The position numbers and the translations under genes were made by a program. A stretch of DNA of 64,000 nucleotides from an uncultured Nitrososphaerales archaeon (GTDB lineage Archaea > Thermoproteota > Nitrososphaeria > Nitrososphaerales > Nitrososphaeraceae): contig CAVOHZ010000010.1 of assembly GCA_963695855.1 (NCBI GenBank), positions 800,001 to 864,000 on the forward strand. Direction: 5' to 3'. The notes under the pieces are model-generated. The model saw nothing but the letters and a program-made list of their open reading frames with translations, searched no databases and had not been told where the DNA came from. Positions 31,053 to 39,819 of this stretch are shown here, piece after piece; positions within the stretch are counted from its first letter, which is position 1, and each line of letters starts with the position of its first letter.

Positions 31053-33230
31053 TTGAGGACTACTCTATACTTCTTTTTAGGAGTAATTATTACAATAATC
31101 ATAGGAAATTCTATTATTATTTTTGCTGACTCAGACAGTAAAATAATCTATTCAAATTGGATATTGATAACAAATTCTCTTATTGCTGCAGGACTTTCTG
31201 CAATGATTTTCATTAAGAATAAAGATAGTAATGAAGAAGATAAAACTAATATTCTTCTAACACTAGGTCTTGTTTTCTGGTTTATAGCAAATATAATCTG
31301 GGCATATTATGAATTAGTACTTGATATTGTATCCCCGGTACCTTCTTTAGCAGATTTATTCTTGTTATCTGCATATGGATTTTTAATATATAGATTACTA
31401 TGTATATATAGAAAACTTGGTCACATTACAAATAAAAAAATTCTGCTTTTACTAATCTCTGGTTCAGGTTTATTTTTGATATATATATTAAACTTGACTC
31501 TTGATCTTACGGAATTATCAAATTTCAGAGGTCTTATGCTTTTTGTTGTTACTATAGCATATCCTACATTAAATTCCATTCTAACTGTTCTTGCATTGCT
31601 GATCCTCCTTAGGATAAAGAATGAAAAACATCGCTTTATTCCTTGGATCTGTGAATTGGTTGGATTTTTAGCAATAGTTGTAGGAGATAGTTGGTTTGCA
31701 ATTATTGTTCTAACAGCATTTGTTGAACAGTTATGGATGTCTGCATTATTATTGTCTGCACATTATCTGTTAATTGCAGGTGGCCTTATATGGTATCTTA
31801 GATATTATATCAAATGGCAGTCAAAGGACCTCATTTACAAAATTATAACAAATACGAGGAGAAGAAAAAAAAATAAAACTTTCAAAAAGATTCTGCTTAG
31901 TTCTACTATACTAATATCTTTTCTAATATTTGCTAGTGTTTATTACACAAATATTTATAGCGGTGACCAAGGTAACGAATTCTTTATTAAAAAAAGTTCT
32001 TCTTATCCTCAACTCTTCTCATCAATATATAATGAGGAAAGTAGCAAGGACTTTGTTGTTGGCGCCATTTTACCATTTACTGGTTCCTTTTCCTCTCTTG
32101 GTAAATCTATCAAAGTAGCATTGGAAAAAGCTGAATATGATGTAAACAAACATTTTGAAAAAATGAATTCTTCATCACACTTTAATCTATTAATGGCTAA
32201 TTCAAAGACAAGTCCAGAAGATAGCCTGGCAGCAATAAAAAAATTACATGAATATGGTGCAAATATTATTGTAGGACCTGCAATCGGGAGTACAGTTTAT
32301 GCTGCCAAAGAATATGCAGATGCAAATAATATCATCCTTATTAGTTACTCCAGTACTTCCTCATCACTTTCTATTGAAGGAGACAATCTTTTTCGATTGG
32401 TTCCTGACGATACAGACCAAGGAAGAATAGTTGCAGAAAGAATGATCAGTGACGGTATAAAAGTTATTGTTCCTATCTGGAGAGGCGGTTTATATTCAAA
32501 TGATCTCTATAAATCTACTAAATCTTCTTTTGAACAGCTAGGAGGAAAAGTAGAAGAAGGTATTAATTATAAACCCTATACAGGAAAATTTGCCACTAGT
32601 TTACATAGGATAAATTTCCTAATGTGGAATCAAGAATTAGAAAAATTAAATGCAATAGTCTCTGATGCAGTAAAAAAATATGGTGCTAAATCTGTAGGTG
32701 TATATGTAATATCTTTTGACGAGATAACACCTATTTTAATTCAATCAACCATTTATGAAAACTTAGGAAAAGTAAGATGGTATGGAAGTGATAAAATAGC
32801 ACAAAATCATCAGATAACAAAGAATGTTGATTCAGCATTATTTGCAATGAAAACAAATTTTTCTAATCCTTTATATTCAATAGATAGTGAGTCGAAGAAA
32901 TATCATGATCTCAAAGAAGTATTAGAAAAACAATTACATGAAGTAAGTTCAATAACATATCCTGCACTAGCTTATGATTCTTATTGGATAGCGGCACTAA
33001 GCCTTGATAAAAATAATACTACTTTTAACAATAGTAATAATGGAAATTTAACCAAATCATTTGAAGAGATTATTCGTGAAACTGCAGATTCATTTGATGA
33101 GGGAATATCAGGAAAAATAAAACTTAACAAAGCAGGAGATCGCATTGGTGGAAATTATGATTTTTGGATTGTTGGTAAAGATAATGACACTCAAAACTAT
33201 GAATGGGAGAAAGAACATAAATTAGAATAG
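31053..33230 (+). CDS. Multi-TM protein fused to a type-1 (LivJ-like) solute-binding domain
   Basis: ~8-9 TM helices including PVPSLADLFLL; then VGAILPFTG, IIVGPA, LISYSST, FRLVPDD, AYDS, GISGKIKLN.AGDR. Confidence 0.8.
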   Translation: MRTTLYFFLGVIITIIIGNSIIIFADSDSKIIYSNWILITNSLIAAGLSAMIFIKNKDSNEEDKTNILLTLGLVFWFIANIIWAYYELVLDIVSPVPSLADLFLLSAYGFLIYRLLCIYRKLGHITNKKILLLLISGSGLFLIYILNLTLDLTELSNFRGLMLFVVTIAYPTLNSILTVLALLILLRIKNEKHRFIPWICELVGFLAIVVGDSWFAIIVLTAFVEQLWMSALLLSAHYLLIAGGLIWYLRYYIKWQSKDLIYKIITNTRRRKKNKTFKKILLSSTILISFLIFASVYYTNIYSGDQGNEFFIKKSSSYPQLFSSIYNEESSKDFVVGAILPFTGSFSSLGKSIKVALEKAEYDVNKHFEKMNSSSHFNLLMANSKTSPEDSLAAIKKLHEYGANIIVGPAIGSTVYAAKEYADANNIILISYSSTSSSLSIEGDNLFRLVPDDTDQGRIVAERMISDGIKVIVPIWRGGLYSNDLYKSTKSSFEQLGGKVEEGINYKPYTGKFATSLHRINFLMWNQELEKLNAIVSDAVKKYGAKSVGVYVISFDEITPILIQSTIYENLGKVRWYGSDKIAQNHQITKNVDSALFAMKTNFSNPLYSIDSESKKYHDLKEVLEKQLHEVSSITYPALAYDSYWIAALSLDKNNTTFNNSNNGNLTKSFEEIIRETADSFDEGISGKIKLNKAGDRIGGNYDFWIVGKDNDTQNYEWEKEHKLE

Positions 33231-33355
33231 CAAGCCTATTTAAAAATGGTAATATTTACATAAGTGATAGCGGAAATGTTCATTTTCGAGAAAATTATGT
33301 GTATAGTTAAATTATATAATTTACTTAAATATTTGTAGTAACTATAAATAAATAA

Positions 33356-34615
33356 TTGAAGGAACGTATGAAAAAATTCGGCATATTAAGTATTTGCTGT
33401 ATCGTTTTTTTATCAACTTTTTTATATATGACTATAAATAAAAATATATTTTATCATTTTCAAGAATTTGGTAACATTCCACATTTGATTACAACTTATT
33501 ATAGTTATTTAAATGATATATTACCAGTGTCAAAGGTTAGTTTTTCAGATAATCTATCTGTTTCAGCATCACATGATATAAGAAAGCTGATTAGCGTAGG
33601 TGGGATAAATGGCGATAATAAAACATCTAAACCATTTGAAGAAATTCAATATCCCAATAATATAAACATCACTCATAAAGACATTCAAAAATATTTTTTC
33701 TCTAAAAAGAGAAGTGAAATACATTCACCAGAAAATAATAGCCATACTTTAGAATTTGAAAATAAATCTATAGCACTTGTTAAACCTACTTTTACTGATG
33801 CAGCTTATAACAATTCATTCTATAATTTTTATAGACTCTATGCCAGTGTTCCTATTAATACAAATATCACTACTAATCTCAATTTGCTTTATAGTAAACT
33901 CTCTAATAACCAAGAAGGCGCAATTTCAAATGTTTTTGCTATGCTTAATATGATAAAAAATTTAAAATGGATAACAAATAACTCCAATATTACTGTAATA
34001 ATTGACCAAGATGTTGATTCTAACTCTATTTTCAATAAAGATGGATCAAATAAATACAATATTTTAATTCTTGGACATCAAGAATATGTCACCCAACAAG
34101 AATATGATAATTTGAAAGAATTTGTCTCTAATGGTGGAACTATGATCCTCTTGGATGGCAATGCATTATATGTTCAGGTAAAATACGATAACAGCACAAA
34201 TCAAATATCTCTAGTTAAAGGTCACGATTGGGCTTTCAACGGAAAGTCTGCATGGAAAAGTGTAGACGAAAGATGGAAAAATGAAACCTCTCAATGGGTA
34301 GGTAGTAATTATCTTTGTAATGTTTGCCATATATCCTATTTGCATAATCCATTTCAATACATACATCATGAAGAAAATTATATTACAAATCCAAATGATA
34401 TTATCCTCTTAAAATATCGATTTACTGATCCCGTGGATAATTTATCTAAAAATTTAGTAGTAGCAACATATGAATTGAATTATAAAAAAGGAAAAGTTAT
34501 TGCTTTAGGATTATACTCGGATGATATAATAAATAATGGAAATTTTGATAGATTTTTTGATAGTTTGTTAATTAAAGACGTATTCAAAAATAATTTGAGC
34601 CTATCCCAAAAATAG
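33356..34615 (+). CDS. Secreted protein with N,N-dimethylformamidase beta-subunit-like (GATase1-like) domain
   Basis: PTFTDAAY, ILGHQEYVTQQEYDNL..FV.NGG..LDGNA; C-terminus ends inside the IS terminal repeat. Confidence 0.7.
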   Translation: MKERMKKFGILSICCIVFLSTFLYMTINKNIFYHFQEFGNIPHLITTYYSYLNDILPVSKVSFSDNLSVSASHDIRKLISVGGINGDNKTSKPFEEIQYPNNINITHKDIQKYFFSKKRSEIHSPENNSHTLEFENKSIALVKPTFTDAAYNNSFYNFYRLYASVPINTNITTNLNLLYSKLSNNQEGAISNVFAMLNMIKNLKWITNNSNITVIIDQDVDSNSIFNKDGSNKYNILILGHQEYVTQQEYDNLKEFVSNGGTMILLDGNALYVQVKYDNSTNQISLVKGHDWAFNGKSAWKSVDERWKNETSQWVGSNYLCNVCHISYLHNPFQYIHHEENYITNPNDIILLKYRFTDPVDNLSKNLVVATYELNYKKGKVIALGLYSDDIINNGNFDRFFDSLLIKDVFKNNLSLSQK

Positions 34616-35504
34616 ATAGGAATATAGCTCCTTTGTTTCTTACCATATCTGATAATGTTTGAGTAAGAGTAAAAAATATGTTAGAACAATTACACGTATT
34701 CCAGATGACCTTTGGTATGAAATAAAAAATATTTTACCAGATGAGAAACAGGAAAATACAATAGGCAGACCAATTATTCCATATAGAAAAGTATTTGATG
34801 GTATCATGTTTATCCTGAGAACTGGATGTCAGTGGAAAATGTTACCCAAAGAATATGGTTCTGGTTCAACATACCACAGAAGATTTCAGGAATGGAGAGA
34901 ATCACGTATATTTGATAAATTATGGAGTCTATTACTAAAATTATACGATAACAAGAGAGGAATAAAATGGAACTGGCAGTCACTTGACAGCATATGAATA
35001 AAATCACCTTTAGGGGGGCGATGACAGGTCATAATCCTACTGATAGAAGCAAATTAGGAACCAAAAGACATATTTTAACAGATAAAGAAGGCATTCCATT
35101 ATCTGCGATTATAACATCTGCAAATACTCATGATCTTACCGTTGCAATTGATACAGTTGATAGCATGGTTCTCAAAAGATCATCATATAAACTAAATGAT
35201 GGAAAGAAGAAAAAGAAGACTAAAAAGCAGAATCTATGTCTTGATAAAGCATATCATTCCAAAGATGTAGAACAAGAAATTATCAAGAGAGGATACATTC
35301 CACATATACGACACAGAAGAGAAGAACAAATATTTCGTAGAAAACATCCTGCAAGAAGATGGGTTGTAGAACGAACAAATTCATGGCATAACAGATTCAG
35401 GAAATTATTTACACGGTATGAAAAGAAAGAGGAAAACTATCTGGGTCTTGTACAATTGGCTAATAGCATAATTATCTACAGGAGGATAATTTTGGGATAG
35501 GCTC
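34597..35504 (+). mobile_element. IS5-family insertion sequence (908 bp)
   Basis: Perfect 15-bp TIRs GAGCCTATCCCAAAA / TTTTGGGATAGGCTC enclosing transposase; no clean target duplication (TTT | TAA). Confidence 0.92.
34659..35500 (+). pseudogene. IS5 transposase, two-frame gene with premature TGA
   Basis: OrfA LRTGCQWKMLPKEYG..RRFQEW..DS; OrfB GTKRH, DKAY, RWVVERTNSW..RFR; TGA at 34995 precedes a G6 run at 35013-35018. Confidence 0.85.
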
Positions 35505-35563
35505 TAAGTATCAAATATCAATATTCAACATTTTAATATTATATTATTATAAAAAGATACAAT

Positions 35564-36043
35564 ATGAAAATATTGAATGCTGGACCCGGTTTCAGTCAAC
35601 CAATGACAGAAGATGAAACTATAGCATTTCTTACTTCTGGAAGAAGAAATATCTACATTGCAAGTTTAGATGAAAAGAAAGAACCAAATATTCATCCTGT
35701 CTGGTATTATTTTGATTCATCAAATCAAAAATTCTACATTGAAACATCTAAATATTCAAAGAAAAAAAAGAATTTAGAAAATAATAAAATAGTATATTTT
35801 TGTGTAGATGAACCAAATATTCCATATAAAGGGGTAAGAGGAAAAGCAAAGGTAGACATTATTCAAGATATTGATAGTATTGTTCCAATTTGTGAAAGGA
35901 ATATGAAGAAATATCTTGGAAGTCTAGAACATCCAATGGCAAAAGAATTGGTTAATCTTGCTAAAAGAGGTGAATCAGTAGCAATAGAAATCTCTCCATT
36001 GTATTTTTCTACTTGGGATGATGGTAAAGTAAAATTTCAATAA
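35564..36043 (+). CDS. Pyridoxamine 5'-phosphate oxidase-like (split-barrel, probably F420/FMN-binding) protein
   Basis: PNIHPVWY, SKK..NL..N..V.FCVD..YKGVRGK. Confidence 0.85.
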   Translation: MKILNAGPGFSQPMTEDETIAFLTSGRRNIYIASLDEKKEPNIHPVWYYFDSSNQKFYIETSKYSKKKKNLENNKIVYFCVDEPNIPYKGVRGKAKVDIIQDIDSIVPICERNMKKYLGSLEHPMAKELVNLAKRGESVAIEISPLYFSTWDDGKVKFQ

Positions 36044-36100
36044 ATATGATGCATTTATAAAAAATGGCGACAATTTTGTCCCTGTTTCCACTTTAGAATA

Positions 36101-36537
36101 TATTATGTTTCTCTCTTTCATTTACAATATCTAACATCGCCTGTCTGCCTCTCTTTTTTTGATTTATAGTATTCCTCGGTTTCATCAACCCTCATGTTAA
36201 CAATATCCACGAAGCGGACACTATCATGTTCAAATTGATGTATTATATGAGTTAATTCCTCGATGGTTGGACGTGGCTCTGTATATAAAAATCGAGTACA
36301 GATATCAGTATTTACGAGATATCTATTTCCAAACATTTCACCTATCTTAATCATTCCATCCAGTCTGCGTACACGATAACGAAGGGCTTTTTCATGCCTT
36401 GACATTCTAGTAGAATCCCATTTTGGATGTTTGCATTTTGCACAGTATCGGGGTTTGGGTTTCTCCCTGCGGCTTATCCACTTCTAGCCACATCTCTCGC
36501 ATTCGTATTCTACTGCTTCTATTATTCTTTGAGGCAT
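36101..36537 (-). pseudogene. Zn-ribbon protein, copy 2 (nonsense, 2-bp deletion, 3' truncated)
   Basis: ATG at 36537; TAC>TAG at 36484-36486; one CT unit lost near 36150. Confidence 0.7.
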
Positions 36538-36553
36538 TTTGCTACTAACTAAA

Positions 36554-36595
36554 CTTTACTAATGGTGAAGTTAAGTATCTTTACTAATAGTAAAG
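36554..36595. promoter_or_regulatory. Tandem palindromic operators, copy 2 (5-bp insertion, one mismatch)
   Basis: CTTTACTAATGGTGAAG (36554-36570) and CTTTACTAATAGTAAAG (36579-36595). Confidence 0.55.
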
Positions 36596-36614
36596 TTTGA
36601 AGAAAGGCCATACT

Positions 36615-36770
36615 TCATTTCTGTGGTTGTTGTTTGCCTTTATTATCATAGAAGTTTAGCAACGTTTCGATAACATCCTCATAACCCTTCCCAATGCACC
36701 CATATTTTGAAAGTCTAACTAGTGTTTCAGATTTTAATCGAACTACAATAGGAAAGTGAGCCTCTCCCAT
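36615..36770 (-). CDS. 51-aa ribbon-helix-helix-like protein (not in ORF track)
   Basis: MGEAHFPIVVRLKSETLVRLSKYGCIGKGYEDVIETLLNFYDNKGKQQPQK; strand-helix-G-helix pattern of archaeal RHH/antitoxin-like proteins. Confidence 0.7.
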   Translation of the reverse strand: MGEAHFPIVVRLKSETLVRLSKYGCIGKGYEDVIETLLNFYDNKGKQQPQK

Positions 36771-36823
36771 GCTAGCAAAAATACCTGTAAACGTCTTTAA
36801 TCGAACTATTATAGGATTGAAAA
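36731..36823 (+). CRISPR. CRISPR-like mini-array: two 30-nt repeats and one 33-nt spacer; no cas genes in window
   Basis: ATTTTAATCGAACTACAATAGGAAAGTGAG / CCTCTCCCATGCTAGCAAAAATACCTGTAAACG / TCTTTAATCGAACTATTATAGGATTGAAAA; second repeat ends in the canonical ATTGAAA(N) handle. Confidence 0.5.
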
Positions 36824-36990
36824 AGAAAGTGACGGGATTCTATTTTTTTAAGATCCAAACGATGAACGTGCTTAATTATTGTTACAAAAAAATCAAAAAG
36901 AGAAAATTTTTTTTAAAAACAAATAATAGATGGGAAATATAATCTTCGAGTAATGAATCCAAACAATAGGATTCGAGGCGAGCATATTGT

Positions 36991-37004
36991 TCCCGCTCAA
37001 GGCT
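36991..37004 (+). repeat. Short att-like remnant of the tRNA-Thr 3' end
   Basis: TCCCGCTCAAGGCT vs tRNA TCCCGCTCAGGGCT (13/14), GC-rich in an AT-rich context. Confidence 0.55.
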
Positions 37005-37130
37005 CGTCCTTTAAGCATAAATTTTAGTATTTTTGAAAAATCAGCCTTGCGTACTTAAGGGTATCGACACAACTTCATATCAGAATTCGTATATATCATC
37101 ATGTTGCATTAATAAGGTTGAAATTAAGTC

Positions 37131-37481
37131 ATGGGGAAACAAAAAAATAAATCTGTTAATACCAAGGCAAAGATTTCTGATAAAGGTATCAGTACAAATA
37201 AAGACAATAGACCGACTGGAGTAACAACAAGAAGGAATAGAATTTTATCAAGTCAGAAAATTGTAGGAAAAGATATGGTGAAGCGACAGCCTACAGGAAG
37301 TAGTAGGAAATTATGCATGGGGGTAACTATGGATAAAGAATTCCTTGACCGATACTTAGATAAACATGCAGCTGAATTGAAAATGACAAGGAGCTGGCTT
37401 GCATATTCAATACTTAGAATGTACTATGGTTTACCAGTAGAACAAAAGATAAAGAAACCATTTTGGTCTTTTAAAAAATAA
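37131..37481 (+). CDS. Basic protein with C-terminal RHH-like domain
   Basis: MGVTMDKEFLDRYLDKHAAELKMTRSWLAYSILRMY fits a CopG-type RHH pattern. Confidence 0.6.
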   Translation: MGKQKNKSVNTKAKISDKGISTNKDNRPTGVTTRRNRILSSQKIVGKDMVKRQPTGSSRKLCMGVTMDKEFLDRYLDKHAAELKMTRSWLAYSILRMYYGLPVEQKIKKPFWSFKK

Positions 37482-38093
37482 TTTATCTACAACAACGAAT
37501 TTACTGTAAGACTCATTAAAAAAATTCAGAAAAGAAGATTAAAAAGAATATTATAAAGAATATTATGAATAACAGATAAAATAACCTGGAGAAAAAACGA
37601 TTCAACATTAGTTATTTAAATATCAAATCGGTATTTAATTATATTTTTACATTTAGTAAATACTTCAATATTATAAATCATGTTATCATTTCCATTCATA
37701 AATCTTAAATAATTTTTCTTGTTACCAAAACATTAGAATTTATTATTGCAACGATATCGGTATTACATCTCACGCGTCCATTATATTTAGGATTTTATTT
37801 ATGGTATAATACATTATCTAATCAATTTTAGTTATGTACATGAGAAATTGGAAAAGAGACAATAAATTTTTAGTAAAAATAGGTATATTATTTGGTTATG
37901 ATTTTTCTGAAGTAGATGCGGTAAGTAAGAATCATGAATCTTAGAAATGAAATATGGCGTCATGCTGTAAAGCTATCAATAAATATGAAATCAATGCAAT
38001 TAATGAGTAAATAAATGGGTAGAGCATCACAAGTATTTGGATATCTTTTTGGTTTCATAATCCTATTAACAGGACTTATTAATTGTAACAGCA

Positions 38094-38444
38094 TTGGCTC
38101 AGCCTTTGCTGTTTTTAGGTGGTATTCCTATAATTGGTTTATTAGTAACAATCTTTGGATTTGCCATTATGTATCTAGGACATAGGTCAAGACCTACAAA
38201 AGAAAAGGAGATGTTGAAGATGCAGGATGAGGAGTATTTTAGAGAACAAAAGTTGAAGGAGGAATTGGAAAAGAGAGAGACAAAGGAGATGGAAAAAGCG
38301 GAAAAAGGAAAGAGAAAAAGAATAGACATGAAATTAAATTTTTTAAATTTGTATCGCAATAACATATTATACTTTCATCTAATTTGCATTGTGTGTTATA
38401 CCTCATTATCTGAAAACTTAATGCAAAATAAAATCATAAAATAA
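38094..38444 (+). CDS. Hypothetical membrane protein, possibly degenerate
   Basis: TM segment followed by charged coiled coil; further hydrophobic coding-like sequence upstream from ~38015. Confidence 0.4.
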   Translation: MAQPLLFLGGIPIIGLLVTIFGFAIMYLGHRSRPTKEKEMLKMQDEEYFREQKLKEELEKRETKEMEKAEKGKRKRIDMKLNFLNLYRNNILYFHLICIVCYTSLSENLMQNKIIK

Positions 38445-38816
38445 AAGATATAAAATAATTTTATTACTTTTGCAGATAGAATTTCTTACGAAGCACAATG
38501 TATCTTTTAAACAATTCGATCTAATTTTTGTATTGTAATAAATTCTATTCAATAACATTAATACACTTATTTGCATAGTTGAAAAATTCCGATATTTTAG
38601 AAGTATGCATAAACTACTTACTGATTTAAAAATAAAAATGAACAGAATGAATTGTTGACAAAATTATATAGGATAACTATTCCATAATACAATTTTGAGC
38701 AAAGTCACGAATATTTCTTATATTTTTTTGCAAATAATATGTAGAATGTTTTTCTGTAATTAGATTACCTCTTCATGTGACGTTATACTAAAATAAGTAA
38801 ATTCCTTATCAATAAT

Positions 38817-39077
38817 ATGACAAATAGAAGCAGAACAGAAATAGTTTGTAATATACTTGATGCCGCAAATGGAGGGGCAACCAAGACAAAAATTATGTAC
38901 ATAGCTTTTGTAAGTTATATTCAATTAAAAGAGTATCTTTCTATTTTGATAGAATACAAGCTAATAGAATATATTGATGGGACTCGCACATTCAAGACCA
39001 CAGAAAAGGGATTAAACTTTCTTAAAATGCATAACGAAATGGGAGAATTATTACAAAATACCATCGAAAATAACTAA
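38817..39077 (+). CDS. Winged-helix regulator (DUF4364/HTH_45 type)
   Basis: RSRTEIV..IL..GATKTKIMY.A..QLKEYL..TTEKG..FL. Confidence 0.9.
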   Translation: MTNRSRTEIVCNILDAANGGATKTKIMYIAFVSYIQLKEYLSILIEYKLIEYIDGTRTFKTTEKGLNFLKMHNEMGELLQNTIENN

Positions 39078-39455
39078 TTAATTTTATAATCTAAGGTATC
39101 GTAACAACTGAAGAATCTTGAATAGTTGGTGACTAATCAGTAACGAACTATTACACAGATTATATATCATTTTTTAATATGATATTATAGTTTCACACTC
39201 ATTGATTTGTTGTGATTAAATATGGGATCATAGTTGATGGTGATTCACTTCAGGACCGACTTTTTATTTTGCAGCGCTATAAGGGAATCAATAATGTCTC
39301 AAAAACATTATTTCAACCACCTTTGACCTTTTTTATTATGACAACAATTTGTAATACAATAAATAATATTTAAATATTATCTTATTTATTACTAAAACAT
39401 TAGTTTCTTATTTTTGCACCGCTATAGGTATTACTGCCGATGGTTATGTGCCTGT

Positions 39456-39647
39456 TCATAGGTCTGTAGATCTATTTTTTATAGGATCTATTACCATTGG
39501 TGTCTTTCCAAATTCACTTGGTAATTCTATCGATGTTGCATTATCTGGAATTACATCATATTTTAATATCTGTTTATCTACATCATAAACAGGATAATAC
39601 AATTCAACTATCACAATATCTTCTATAATCTGCTGTAATACTCTCAT
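39456..39647 (-). pseudogene. Probable C-terminal fragment of a secreted thaumarchaeal protein
   Basis: IVIVEL..PVYD..LKYDV.PDNATSIELPSEFG..MVID; no signal peptide. Confidence 0.35.
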
Positions 39648-39819
39648 GTTTATTCAGACTATCCTGATTTACATTTAATTGAATCTTAGATAATTAAATT
39701 TTCTAAAAACATACATGTATTACACATTTCCATGAAAAAGAAAAAATAGACATAGTTAAAAATACATTCATGTTAGTGGTAACTAACAAAAAATCCCAAA
39801 TTCGATATTCTTTGATTTT

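Larger units (their letters stand above)
36101..36761. repeat. ~660-bp direct duplication, copy 2
   Basis: Matches 24240-24898. Confidence 0.95.

Noticed and set aside
36824-36900. A third CRISPR repeat after repeat 2
   Set aside because: No sequence resembling TTTAATCGAAC at the expected 33-38-nt spacing.
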